A stretch of 64,000 nt of DNA from Macrostomum lignano (Eukaryota), in contig NIVC01002020.1 of assembly GCA_002269645.1 (NCBI GenBank), forward strand, positions 124,001-188,000, given 5' to 3'. Below, one piece after another: positions 33,301 to 46,985 of the stretch. Each line of letters begins with the position of its first letter. The stretch's first letter is position 1. Under the pieces are notes generated by a model, which was given only the letters and a program-made list of their open reading frames with translations, did no database searches and was not told where the DNA came from. A program made the translations under genes and the position numbers.

Positions 33301-36300
33301 GCAGCCGCAGCAATTGAACTCGCCGCCCCAGCAGGAGTTCAGCCCGAATTTCCGATTGCCGCCAGGGGCCCGCTGGGCAGTGTCTAGCACCGTCGGCAGC
33401 GCGCCAACCACGACCGCGAGTCCCGCCACCCAGGCGCAGTCGTTGCTGGAGATTCAGCGAGCCCAGGAGCAATCGTTGCAGCAGGAGCAGCAGCGCCAGC
33501 GTCAAGTTGAGCAGCAGGAACGCGAGCTGGCCGCCGCGGCTCGGGCTCAGGCCGCCGGCGCGCCCTGGGGCGGCTCCCTTCGATCCGGCCCGGCCAAGTC
33601 TCTGGCCGAGATTCAAGCGGAAGAGGAGGCGAAGCGTCAGCAACGGCAGCAGCAACAGCAGCAGCAGCATATTTTTGTTCGGGCTAGCGGCGGCGCCGGC
33701 GGCTACACGGCGGCCAACCCGTCGGCGCTTTGGTCCGGCAAAGTGCGCGAATCCGCGCCTGCGCCAACTCCGGCGCCGCCGCCTGCCCCAGCGCCACCCG
33801 CCGCGGCGCCTGCAACTCAAGCGCCCGCTTCGATTTGGAATTTTGAATCGCTGTCAATCAGTGGCAACGCGGCGGCTGTCAAGTCTCCAGCGACTAGTCA
33901 GGCGCCCAAGCCGCGAGCGCAGCCGGCTAAGCAGCCGCGAGCGCCGCCAGCTCAGTCAGCAGCTGAGGTTGCCAGCCGTAAAGTCCGCGATGAAGACAAA
34001 GCGCAGCAGGTGTTTCAACAGAGTCTGGCTAGGCAGGGCAGTTCAGGCGGCGATTCCCTGACTATCTGGTGCCAGCAGCAGTTGAAGGGCCTCGATACCC
34101 AGGTTGACATTCCAACCCTCATTGAGCTGCTCAAGGACATCGAAGATCCTAATGATGTCGACGATCTAATTAAGAGTTACCTGGGCGAGACTGCGCGGAC
34201 TGCCGAGTTTAGTAAAAATTTTCTAAAGAAGCGAATAGAATACAAGTATCAGGAGAGAAATGGTGGCGACCAGGTGAGCTTCAAAATTCATCATTTGGGT
34301 GGTGCAAGGATAGGCCATAGAGATCTTAGGTTGCAGCACACTTAAATTGGATTCTTTAGCGCCAGTTGTTAGAGATGCCAGGATTAGCATTGATTTTTCT
34401 AGGATAATCATTGAGATGCCAGGATAAGCATTGAGATGCCAGGATAAGCATTGATTTTGCTAGGATAATCATTGAGATGCCAGGATAAGCATTGAGATGC
34501 CAGGATAAGCATTGATTTTGCTAGGATAATCATTGAGATGCCAGGATAAGCATTGAGATGCCAGGATAAGCATTGATTTTGCTAGGATAATCATTGAGAT
34601 GTTAGGATAAGCATTGAGATGCCAGGATATGTAGGGAGATGCCAGGATAAGCATCAAGATGCCAGGATAAGCATTGAGATGCCAGGATATGTAGGGAGAT
34701 GCCAGGATAAGCATCAAGATGCCAGGATATGTAGGGAGATGCCAGGATAAGCATCAAGATGCCAGGATAAGCATTGAGATGCCAGGATAAGCATCGAGAT
34801 GCCAGGATAAGCATTGAGATGCCAGGATAAGCATCGAGATGCCAGGATATGTAGTGAGATGCCAGGATAAGCATTGAGATGCCAGGATAAGCATTGAGAT
34901 GCCAGGATAAGCATCAAGATGCCAGGATAAGCATTGAGATGCCAGGATAAGCATCGAGATGCCAGGATAAGCATTGATTTTGCTAGGATAATCATTGAGA
35001 TGCCAGGATAAGCATTGAGATGCCAGGATAAGCATTGATTTTGCTAGGATAATCATTGAGATGCCAGGATAAGCATTGAGATGCCAGGATAAGCATTGAT
35101 TTTGCTAGGATAATCATTGAGATGCCAGGATAAGCATTGAGATGCCAGGATATGTAGGGAGATGCCAGGATAAGCATCAAGATGCCAGGATATGTAGGGA
35201 GATGCCAGGATAAGCATCAAGATGCCAGGATAAGCATTGAGATGCCAGGATAAGCATCGAGATGCCAGGATATGTAGGGAGATGCCAGGATAAGCATCAA
35301 GATGCCAGGATAAGCATTGAGATGCCAGGATAAGCATCGAGATGCCAGGATATGTAGTGAGATGCCAGGATAAGCATTGAGATGCCAGGATAAGCATTGA
35401 GATGCCAGGATAAGCATTGAGATGCCAGGATAAGCATCAAGATGCCAGGATAAGCATTGAGATGCCAGGATAAGCATCGAGATGCCAGGATAAGCATTGA
35501 TTTTGCTAGGATAATCATTGAGATGCCAGGATAAGCATTGAGATGCCAGGATAAGCATTGATTTTGCTAGGATAATCATTGAGATGCCAGGATAAGCATT
35601 GAGATGCCAGGATATGTAGGGAGATGCCAGGATAAGCATTGAGATGCCAGGATAAGCATTGATTTTGCTAGGATAAGCATCAAGATGCCAGGATAAGCAT
35701 TGAGATGCCAGGATAAGCATCGAGATGCCAGGATATGTAGGGAGATGCCAGGATAAGCATTGAGATGCCAGGATAAGCATCAAGATGCCAGGATATGTAG
35801 GGAGATGCCAGGATAAGCATCAAGATGCCAGGATAAGCATTGAGATGCCAGGATAAGCATCGAGATGCCAGGATAAGCATTGATTTTGCTAGGATAATCA
35901 TTGAGATGCAAGGATAAGCATCGAGATGCCAGGATATGTAGGGAGATGCCAGGATATGTAGGGAGATGCCAGGATAAGCATCAAGATGCCAGGATAAGCA
36001 TTGAGATGCCAGGATAAGCATTGATTTTGCTAGGATAATCATTGAGATGCAAGGATAAGCATTGAGATGCCAGGATAAGCATTGATTTTGCTAGGATAAT
36101 CATTGAGATGAAAGGATAAGCATTGAGATGCCAGGATAAGCATCGAGATGCCTGGATATGTAGGGAGATGCCAGGATAAGCATCGAGATGCCAGGATATG
36201 TAGGGAGATGCCAGGATAAGCATCAAGATGCCAGGATATGTAGGGAGATGCCAGGATAAGCATCGAGATGCCAGGATATGTAGGGAGATGCCAGGATATG

Positions 36301-37243
36301 TAGGGAGATGCCAGGATAAGCATCAAGATGCCAGGATAAGCATTGAGATGCCAGGATAAGCATTGATTTTGCTAGGATAATCATTGAGATGCAAGGATAA
36401 GCATTGAGATGCCAGGATAAGCATTGATTTTGCTAGGATAATCATTGAGATGAAAGGATAAGCATTGAGATGCCAGGATAAGCATCGAGATGCCTGGATA
36501 TGTAGGGAGATGCCAGGATAAGCATCGAGATGCCAGGATATGTAGGGAGATGCCAGGATAAGCATCAAGATGCCAGGATATGTAGGGAGATGCCAGGATA
36601 AGCATCGAGATGCCAGGATATGTAGGGAGATGCCAGGATAAGCATCGAGATGCCAGGATATGTAGGGAGATGCCAGGATAAGCATCGAGATGCCAGGATA
36701 TGTAGGGAGATGCCAGGATAAGCATCAAGATGCCAGGATAAGCATTGAGATGCCAGGATAAGCATTGATTTTGCTAGGATAATCATTGAGATGCAAGGAT
36801 AAGCATTGAAATGCCAGGATAAGCATTGATTTTGCTAGGATAATCATTGAGATGCAAGGATAAGCATTGAGATGCCAGGATAAGCATCGATTTTGCTAGG
36901 ATAAGCATTGAGATGCCATAATAAGCATCGATTTTGCTAGGATAAGCATTCGTGGCAGGTTCGGCACCAAGACTAACAAAGACTACCGCCATCCCCCCTT
37001 CCCCATTCGCAGCATTTATCCGCCTCTGGCGTTTCGGCCGCCGCCGCCTTCTCTACGGGAGCCGCCCTGGGCGCCAGTGGCGGAAAGACCGGAAGAGACG
37101 AGAGAAACAATTTCCAGCCGGTCGCCAGCAGCAAGAAAAAGAAGAAAGCAAAGAAGACCAAAGTGCACTCGGATATGCTGGGCTTCACTAGCGCACCCAG
37201 TTCTAGCAGATCCAATATTGGCCAGATTGAAACAGCCGATTAG
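30375..37243 (+). CDS. GIGYF: GRB10-interacting GYF protein, 4 exons: 30375-30763, 31149-31684, 31920-34273, 37013-37243
   Basis: Splice phases match (2,1,0); LAFGPTW N-terminus, 4EHP-motif-like FRYSREVIL, LPEW motif, GYF domain WLYQDRVGQVQGPFSSQQMLEWHRGGYF, E/Q/R coiled coil, LTIWC...DIPTLIELL...SYLGE...EFSKNFL, C-terminal KKKK...DMLGF...NIGQIE. Confidence 0.92.
30789..31032 (+). mobile_element. tRNA-derived SINE family A, copy 1 (GIGYF intron 1; lacks part of head and 3' segment)
   Basis: B-box GGTTCGATTC; CORE/MIR-like centre CCTTGAGCAGGACACTTAAC...CAGCTGTAAAATGG; near-identical to 46728-46985 and 59858-60170. Confidence 0.85.
32988..33168 (+). repeat. 60-bp coding repeat x3 in GIGYF (AAEEAARRQAEETGRKQRX)
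   Basis: Visible in both protein and DNA. Confidence 0.9.
34370..36950. repeat. ~20-bp minisatellite (GAGATGCCAGGATAAGCATT)n with variant units, GIGYF intron 3
   Basis: About 125 units fill intron 34274-37012. Confidence 0.97.
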
Positions 37244-39089
37244 GGACCGCGCCGCAACGGCTACTGTCATCTCCCCGCTATCAGTGTTGTTGGTCATTCG
37301 ATTTGGCTGACTAAAAAATTACTTTTGTGTGCGTTCCGAGTTTTTGTGTGTTGCTAGCGGGGTCTCGATTTTGTGTTTTCTTCTATTAGTCTAAAATCTG
37401 TGCTCCCCTCCAACCCCATCACCCACTGTACATCAAATGCCCTAGCTTTGAGAGGCCTGTCTTTGTGCTCTGTTTAGTACAGGCGTATTTTAAATTTATT
37501 TGATTCCGTTAATCCGTTCTCTCGGCTATAATACTTCGTAATAATAATAATATGTAAAACCTGGCATTTGATTTGGCTGAATGTTTGTCTGTCTATAGCG
37601 CTTGCTGGACAATACTGGCTTTTATTGTTATGGTCCAAGGACTTGTCTAAGCTAGCATGTTAATCTGAATGTTATGCTGAATTGCACCCGGAATGGATTG
37701 CTAAATCAGCGTTTTAATCGACTGTTGTTTGATTAATTAGGTGCCACTTCTAATATAGATTATTGTGAAAGAAATCCTGTCCATTATTGCGTACTAATGC
37801 ATATTTAAATCTATCTTTATTTTCTCTGGCGTTCTTTTTTGTATAATATATATATATTTATTTTGATTTACCTTTTTCAGTCAATCTTTGGTTGACAGCA
37901 TGCTAAATAACTTGATAAGAGCGTATAAAACACTAGGAATTGTAAAAAATGATTACCAGATCTAAACTACTTATATCAGTAGGCACAATTGCAAAGTGTG
38001 CGCGTGTTTTAGCGACCAAGGTTTGACTTATCATTATCATTTCTGTTAATTCTGAGGCGGCGGTTCATCAAGTTGGCATCATCATAAAACTCTTTTGTGG
38101 TTTTTCTGCCCTAAACTCGTGTGTGCAAATTGGAGTAGGTCCACCAACTACTCATCCGCTAATTCCTTCCCTTAGTAATTGCTGTAAGAGGCCATTCTCA
38201 TCCTGCTGTTATAACCTGTACTGCCGATTGCGTTTCTCTTGTTTCATTCTTTTGCGCTTACACCTTGCTGACACAGGTCCCGAAATGCGGCTGACTGTAG
38301 ATAAAGGTATAACCTCTGATGATGCCTTGAGGCGGTTCCGGTTATCGGGTGTTGTGTGTTTTTCTTGTTTTGCTTTCGTGTTTCCTGACTGATGACACAT
38401 AGAACAATAAATATACCATTTTAAAAAAAAAACATATTCGGAAGATACGAGTGTGCGCTGCGAATGCGAGACTACTGGAAATAAAATTGAGGACGTGCAG
38501 ATCCTGCGTTTAATCATCGGTAAATTCACCTTGAGGAGAGAATTTCGCGTCCTATTTATCTGATCTTATTTGGCATACTGTTTGTCGGTGTCGTGTTTAA
38601 TTAACCGAAGGTGTCTGTCCTGTCTGGGAAGTTTAATATTCCTTCCCTGGGAGGGTTGCGTTCTACTTTTAAAATCGTCTGAGAGGAAACAGGATTAACT
38701 GTAGGACTGCATAAAAGCGCAATTGATCATCAATCGCAGTTTTGACGTCTCCATTTCAATACGACGGATAGCCAACAGAGCTTGGCGGCCTAGCGTCTCT
38801 CGGTCGAACTGCTCGCCATTGTATCGAGGCCAATTTTTCGTGATGACACGCGCTCTCACAAAATAGATTTGACAGCTCGACCAGGTCCAGGGGCCGATAA
38901 ATGGCAATCAGATGGCGACGGTAGACGGTGACCTGACATTTTTGTGGGAGAGAAGGCTGACTCACTAGTTGATGAAGAACAGGAACAATGATGCGAAGAA
39001 ACGATACAGAAAAGGATGTTGCCCCGCGCTGACGGCACCCAGCGTCTCTTAGCTTTCACTGAACTCTTGGGATTCACGACGGGCTCAGG

Positions 39090-39500
39090 CAGCAGGACAT
39101 TGTGTCGCACTGGTTGGAAGTGATTGAAGCTCGAGACCACTCACAAGATATAGTTGGTCCAGTTGGTTGCTGCCTAAGTGTTGTCCACCGTCTGGAGTAC
39201 TCCACCTGAAAACGCTTCGAGTAAACAGCGCGTTCTTTCAGAACCTGAGCAAGCTGCTCTCTACAAAGCGTGGCTTGTGTGGTTGCTACCCTAATCAGCG
39301 CATGTTTACTACGCACTGATGATATCTGTGAAAACTGTTTGCAAAGCCGTTCGTTGAAGCTGGCCTTAATGCGTGAGCGTAAAAAATGAGGCGAAAAAAG
39401 CGGAGGCCGAACGGAAGAGAGCGATTGCACGACAGCTGGAGGATGAGTTGCTGTCGTCAAAGAAAGTGCAGCGGCTTCACCCAGGAGAAAGACAAGATTG
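39090..39500 (+). pseudogene. Possible highly decayed hAT-like transposase C-terminal fragment
   Basis: Across stops and frameshifts: DIVSHWLEV...CCLSVVH...KRF, VNSAFFQNL, VKTVCKAVR*SW, then a charged coil KAEAERKRAIARQLEDEL; a loose pattern match only. Confidence 0.3.
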
Positions 39501-41186
39501 CGACATGGAACGTCGAAGGCCGAGCTTGAGAGGCAGTGCCACAGGTAGCAAATTGCGAGTGCTGCATGTATAAGGGTAGAATAATACCAAAAAGATAAAA
39601 GAGAGACAGAAAGGCACTGCAATATCAAAGGCGTCGGAGCGCTCCGGAGCGGATTGCGGAATTTCGGATGCTATATAATGCCATATTGCCTCTATATGAG
39701 TTCGCGAATCTATACGTGTCATGCGTCCTGGCCTCAACACCTGGCTGTTATTAACACATTACCACTGTTCAGCTTGTACGAGAGTGCGATAATACAAAGT
39801 ACAAACACAAATTGTTATCGGGAAGTGTGCCTTGAGTTATCATACTACAACTAATTGTCACGAACACAAAGATGCGGTCCAGTTTACAGACAAAAACAGC
39901 AATATTATCCCTTTGGAACAGAACAAAATGAATCTCTAAGAAGTAAGCATCTTGAGACGGAAATTGAGACGGAATTGAGACGGAGTACTTGACTATAAAT
40001 GCAATCCAGCCTCATGTTGGCTTCATCTGCAAGTCTTGCGCTCTAAACTTCATTAGCTGATGTTCTCAAGGGTCGGCTGTTTTTTGAAGCAGTTGTTTTT
40101 CTAATCTAATCTTCAGACGCTACAGCGTCACACGCGACTAATAAGCTAATTCTTGGCCCAGATACTGTTATTGTATCTCAACTGACACCATACTCCAGGC
40201 TACGCTTGCTAAGAATAAACATCTGTTTTTTTGTCAAAGAAATCACATTCGAAAATACGAGTATTCATTTTGTCTTTTTTAGAACTCGAGGAGGAAAGCA
40301 ATTAAATAACATTATTACCATTAGTTCTTCGCTCAGTTGTCATTGAGTTGCCTTTAGCTACATCAAATACTCTGCCGCCGCCCCCCAGCTTCTGCGCTTC
40401 ATCGCCCAATCTCCATCATTATTCGCACCGTCGTCCTCGCATGGGCTTCTATGCCGGCGCATTCTCTCGGGCATTAATTAGATGACAGATTTGCAAATGC
40501 GAATCAGAGCGCCTGACTCGGGAGAGTCTGATTCGAGCCCGCTCAAGCGGTGATGCGAGCTGTAGCGTCCTCACAGGAGCGAATCTGCTTCTTTTGCCTT
40601 TTTTCCGCTCATCGAATCCACAGGTAGAGGGAATGCACAGAGGAGACTGCCGGCATACGAGTACAGCATTATAATTACTGTATTGTCGAATCGAACCTGC
40701 TACTGCTTCGGTATCCGCATCCGTAACGAGAGGAGCACGTTGAGCACGTCTACCCGATAAAAAAGTGCGTGTGAGAGCTTACTCGGAAATACAATTTCCC
40801 CATGTAATCTGGAGAAGAACCAGAGAAGCTTAATGAGCTATGCAAAAGTTAAACCTTGTACACGGTCTGTGTTTTTTTATTATTTTGGAGTCTGAGTTGC
40901 AGTCTACAGGTCCTGTTTTCCACGCAGTGAAGCGTGCAGGCATTGAACTCAAATAGGATGATAAAAACTGTGAAGTGGCCTCATTTTTGAGATATCTGCC
41001 TGAGTATACTCATCTGGATTCTCTTCCTATGTCTCTCCTTTTACCCGTCGGTCTCTGGGGACAGCGGATGAGTGACTGGAATGACTGATGCAAAAGTGCT
41101 AATTTTGCTAATTATTGTCGTTAGCAGCTGCTGTATTACCGGACACAGTTGAAGGGAGGTTTGGGATTTTTTGGCAAGCCGAACTC

Positions 41187-41222
41187 CAAGGACAACTTGA
41201 TAACTTGATCAAGTTGTCCTTG
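41187..41222. mobile_element. 36-bp TIR-only micro-element (perfect 15-bp hairpin) with 8-bp target duplication
   Basis: CCGAACTC|CAAGGACAACTTGAT-AACTTG-ATCAAGTTGTCCTTG|CCGAACTC. Confidence 0.65.
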
Positions 41223-41591
41223 CCGAACTCATTGTTGCTAGCTAACGGCATTAACTGGGAAAGTTCTGGGCAAAGACTACTGAGGCGCCAATATTGCTAT
41301 AAAAGCGGAAGCCAAATCCTAAATTCTCAATCAGTCCCGTACTTCTCGACCATGGACAAAAGTCTGCAACTTAAATTGGACTAAAATTTCGGTGACACGT
41401 TCATATAAACAGCAGGCTACTTTCACAATATATATTGTGTTATATTGCCGAGTTAATTAATATTTTTCAGTACAAAAGTTGCAGACTTTTGTCAATGGTA
41501 GAAAGGTAGGAGCCCAAAAATGTTAGCTTGGTACTCTTTTGGTTTTAGGCATTTTGCAGTCCATGGGCATTGCATTGCTTTTAGTGTAATC

Positions 41592-41670
41592 CAGGGGTCG
41601 GCAAACCTCGGCCCGCGGGTCACATGGGGCCGGCTAAGCCTCTCTATCGGCCCTCGGGTCCTTTGAAACT
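41592..41670 (+). mobile_element. hAT/Charlie-like terminal fragment
   Basis: CAGGGGTCGGCAAACCTCGGCCCGCGGG resembles Charlie-type MITE termini; no convincing partner TIR or TSD. Confidence 0.45.
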
Positions 41671-42260
41671 TCACAATAGCAATCCGGCGCGCTCAAGGCT
41701 TTCGTCTCTTCTCTCAGCTCCCTTCTTTCTAATCTCCTCTCTCCTCTCCTCTTCTCTCCTCTCCTCTCCTTTCTCCTTTAGCAGCTTCAAGTTTCAATAG
41801 TTTCTGGCTTTTTTAAATTTCGAACTTCACAATTTCAACTTTCTACCTGTAAATTTCATTCAATAAGATCAGCCTTAGTGGCTTACACCGAACTTATCTA
41901 AAAATAAAGAGAGATAAAGATTTTGAAGCAACTCGATAACTAACCCGCCTCCTATCCATTAGGCGCATCTCGGGTCTCTTATCTGACGTGGGGCTGGGGA
42001 GGGGGCTTCCGGGCCCGCAGTGGAGAGTCGAGATTGCCGCTGATGCAGCAGCAGACCTCAGAATCTCTCCCCCATCTTCACCTCCGCCTATTGCGCTCTC
42101 TTTCATCTTTTCCATCGCACTCGACAAAGGGCTGGGGAGGGGGGTGCCCAGCCGCTTCTCAAAGAAGGCCCGGATCTCAGGGTCAGGCCCGCCCTATCAG
42201 CTGCTCCCCATTTGCCTCATTCTTCTGTCCCGAACTGCCCCAGCCTCTTCCCCTACCCCC

Positions 42261-42262
<2 letters not shown>

Positions 42263-42340
<78 letters not shown>
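42263..42340. repeat. (TC)n microsatellite
   Basis: Direct observation. Confidence 0.97.
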
Positions 42341-42342
<2 letters not shown>

Positions 42343-42552
42343 ATCTGTAAATTGTCGGCAGGCGGTTTGCCGCGATCCCCTCGCAATTGGAAAGCGTTGG
42401 GACGCTGAGAACCGAGCAGACGGCGCGAGTAGCCAGCTTCAGTGCGAGAAGTTCCTGACGAAAGGTGAGTTTAGGAGGGGATGGCGGATGCAATTCGTTA
42501 TTGCTGAGCCCGGCTTCCCGGCGCTTGCCGACTATTTTGGCCGTCACTTGTT

Positions 42553-43540
42553 GGCTAGATTAGCAATCCATTATATTCCCTCATTGATGATGTAGGCTAG
42601 ATTAGCAATCCATTATATTCCCTCATTGATGTATGTAGCCTAGATTAGCAATCCATTGTATTCCCTCGTTGATGATGTTGGCTAGATTAGCAATCCATTA
42701 TATTCCCTCATTGATGATGTTGGCTAGATTAGCAATCCATTGTTTTCCCTCATTGATGCTGTTGGCTAGATTAGCAATCCATTATATTCCCTCATTGATG
42801 TATTTAGCCTAGATTAGCAATCCATTATATTCCCTCATTGATGATGTTGGCTAGATTAGAAATCCATTGGATTCTATAATTGGTGTAGGCTAGATTAGCA
42901 ATCCATTCATTCTATTCCTTTTTTGATGTAGGCTAGATTAGCAATCGATTGTATTCCCTCTTTGATGTAGGCTAGATTAGCAATCCATTGTATTCCCTCA
43001 TTGATGATGTTTGCTAGATTAGCAATCCATTGGATTCTATCATTGATGTAGGCTAGATTAGCAATCCATTCTATTATCTCATTAATAATGTAGGCTAGAT
43101 TAGCAATCCATTATATTCCCTCATTGATGATGTTGGCTAGATTAGCAATCCATTATATTCCCTCATTGATGATGTTGGCTAGATTAGAAATCCATTGGAT
43201 TCTATAATTGGTGTAGGCTAGATTAGCAATCCATTCATTCTATTCCTTTTTTGATGTAGGCTAGATTAGCAATCGATTGTATTCCCTCTTTGATATAGGC
43301 TAGATTAGCAATCCATTATATTCCCTCATTGATGTATGTAGCCTTAGATTAGCAATCCATTATATTCCCTCATTGATGTATGTAGCCTTAGATTAGCAAT
43401 CCATCCTATTACCTCATTGATGTAGGCTAGATTAGCAATCCATCCTATTACCTCATTGATGTAGGCTAGATTAGCAATCCATTGTATTCCCTCATTAATT
43501 ATGTAGGCTAGGTTAGCAATCCATTCTATTTGCTAATCCA
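42553..43540. repeat. 39-42-bp satellite (GCTAGATTAGCAATCCATT.TATTCCCTCATTGATGTAG)n, array 1
   Basis: About 24 heterogeneous copies. Confidence 0.95.
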
Positions 43541-44057
43541 GAATACGCAGTCAGCATTATTTACGCACAGCACAGTCCGAAATCTAATGGGTTTCCCGTG
43601 AAGTCAGTAAAAGCAAAAAAGCTGGATAATCAGTCCAGCTGCTTATTAATCCGCAATGCCCTTCGCAGTCGGAGTCCCAAAGCTTCGGCTCTCGATTTTC
43701 GCAGAGATTTTTTCCATTGCTCAAAGATGCACTCAGAAGCAGCAATTATTTGAAGCAGCCTCTCTGTAAGCCGCTCTTCTCCTAAAGAGACTCCATCAAA
43801 GGGAGCTTAGCGACTCCTCTTCGACTGCTCAGCTGGAAGCCTGCAAACCCAAACAAAGAACCCGGGGGCTCTTCACTCCACTGTCTCTGTGAAGCACCTG
43901 ACTGTTTGTTGCTACTTGGCTGGGAGTCTCTCCGCTACCTGGCGGCAAGGCCTTGTGGATACTGCAGAATTCTAATTAACTTGCACAGGGTCAAATAGGC
44001 ACTCGCGGAGGCAATTGTGGTCATTGAGGTCAATGACCTCTTCAACTCGTGTTTAAG

Positions 44058-44505
<448 letters not shown>

Positions 44506-45404
44506 AGCAAACAAAAGATCAGCCAATATGCACGCAGTATTGCTTCATTGATATTCATAAAGTTGCTTCCAAGTAGCAAAGCAGAGTTCAAAACTTTGAG
44601 CTAAAACAGTTTGGAGTGTCTTGAGATGAGATGAAAGTCTGGAAATGAGGCGAGCACCAGAAAATGTCTATTCGCGATACAGGAAACAATCACTGGGTCT
44701 CAACTGACAACAGACGCGGCAAAACAGAACTCCAGGTCTGATTGGGAAAACTCCCCCCCCCCAGCCAGCTATCAAATCCAGTCAGTATTTTCTGCTCCGC
44801 GCCGGCTGTCCCACAATTCGTCAATCTTGTGCCGACATCCCAAATCCCAAATCTGGGACAGCCGCGGCGGCAGGGCACGCGATTTTGAAAATCAACCCTT
44901 GCCAAAATGCGCCCCCTTCCTGCTCTGCTGAGTTCAGCCGGGGCCTTGAAAACCGATACACCTGAGAGCGTTTCAAAATCAGGTGAGCTTCCAGGCCACT
45001 GGCTCGCCGAGTTCGTTCCGCCATCTTCAAAATCGATATTTTACGCTCATTATTCTTTACTGCTTTCCTTAATGGAGAATTTCTGCAAAGCCGACCCAAT
45101 TGTAAGTACTACTTACAGTAAGATTTTAGCCTTTTCTAACTCGCTTTGATTTACAATGTCATCTTGTGTTAAGCAGAAAAATATGACAGAATAGCTCTTA
45201 TCTGCCTCAGGATGGCACAGATGGTCAAATGGGAGCTCATGCGATACCAGTCTTTGCATACTCACCATCTCTTATCTCTCATTGAGTAGTTGTTATCTTT
45301 GCCTGGACCGGCGGGACAACCTGCTTGGAAAATAGATAACATCTATCTAATCGATATAAATGTATGAGTGTGAAGTATATATAATGAGGGAGATGGAGAG
45401 CGGC

Positions 45405-45655
45405 AGAGTCGGAGAGGGAGGGTTAAGAGTGAGGGTGGGAGGGGGAGAGGGAGAGAGGGAGAGGGAGAGAGGGAGAGGGAGAGAGAGGGAGAGAGAGGAA
45501 GAGGGAGAGAGGGAGAGAGAGGTAGAGAGAGGGAGAGAGAGGGAGAGAGAGGTAGAGAGAGGGAGAGAGGGGGAGAGTGAGAGAGGGAGAGAGAGGTATA
45601 GAGAGTTAGAGAGAGGTAGAGAGAGGGAGAGAGGGGAGAGTGAGAGGAGAGTAGC
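45405..45655. repeat. Degenerate GA-rich (GAGAGG)n tract
   Basis: Direct observation. Confidence 0.9.
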
Positions 45656-46727
45656 AGAGTTGCTCACGCACTAGAGGAGCGTTCATGCATGGATTGATCA
45701 GAAATTTTGTTATTTTCGCAAGTGTCCAAAGCGCTGTTAGAAATTGCAATGAAATGGCATGCGATTTCGATCCGGCAGGGGGATGGCAAAGCGATGGGAG
45801 AAGTCAGATCGGGTAACCGGGTGATAAAAAATTCCTGAATTCAATTCTCGCATTCTTTGCCAGAGCAATTCGACACACCTGCAACCGGATTAAAGATGAA
45901 GCAACAGTCTCCGCTTCCCCCCAGCCTCTGATTTTTAATCTCGGGAGACAATCCCGCCTTTTCCTTCTCTTTTTCTTTCCTCTGATCCTCAGACGAAATC
46001 TAGGGCTCGATTCCCAGCGGGTCTGTGAAGATGCCTCTTTGCCCGCCGCGATCCCTGCGCAATGATATGCTAGGCAAGCCCTGTCGCTCTCTGCTCAGCG
46101 CAGATCCCCCCCAGCCTCTGCTCTCCATCTGCAGTTGCAAAGCCTTCGACCCTGGCAACGCTGATCAACTTCCCACCTTTGATTAAACATTTTGATTATA
46201 TTCTAATTACTCATTCTGTTTTGCTAATAAAAATCCTGTGTGATTTCGGGGCCTTTTTGCATTAATTACAAAGTAATTACAGCGGTACATGGGCTTCAAG
46301 GTGGCCTTCAGAAACATGCCGCGTCTACTAAATACAAAACTTATGTTTATATTTTTTAACTGTGCAAAAAACGCTTCTAAAAAACCAATTAAGCAATAAA
46401 GCTATGCATTCTACGAAACTTAAGTTTCCCATTACTCTAAGTCTAATACACGAATTCCGAATACCGGGTATTATCTGCTCACTCAGTTCTCAAGCCCCGT
46501 GCCAGAGTCGAACCCGTGTAGAAATGCTACTGGAGACCGGTAATCCAGCAAGTTTTCAGCTGTCTAGACAAATCTGTTATTTAGTCTCATATGAAACAAA
46601 TTTCCAAGTGCAGAGTTTTAAATGAGCTAGCTACACTTTATTGATTAGGGTTTTGAAAAACTAGATAGGTTCCATCTCTCTACTGTGCATTTTGTAGCAA
46701 AGACCCGCCCCCTGTGTAGTCTAGTAA

Positions 46728-46985
46728 GGGGGTTGTGGCCTAGTGATTAGAGCGTCGGTGAAAGGTCGGGGGTTCGATTCTCGACCCACTCGGAACAATT
46801 TGTGTCTTTGAGCAAGACACTTGGCTCTGCATTGCTTCAGTAATTGAGGGTGTGTTGCGACCCCCCAGTCCTTGGACTGAACAGCCGTACGCAGCCTTCA
46901 GATGCGCCGCGCAATAGCTGCGGCTGAGCTGTCGGTTGCACATCTGGCCATTAGGGCAGGTGCAACCAATTATTGTTATTATTGT
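46728..46985 (+). mobile_element. tRNA-derived SINE family A, copy 2 (internal deletion in the central domain)
   Basis: A-box TGGCCTAGTG, B-box GGTTCGATTC, ATT-rich tail. Confidence 0.85.

Noticed and set aside
41592-42380. Complete hAT/Charlie element ending at GGTTTGCCGCGATCCCCTCG (about 42364)
   Set aside because: Partner TIR needs several insertions and there is no matching 8-bp TSD.
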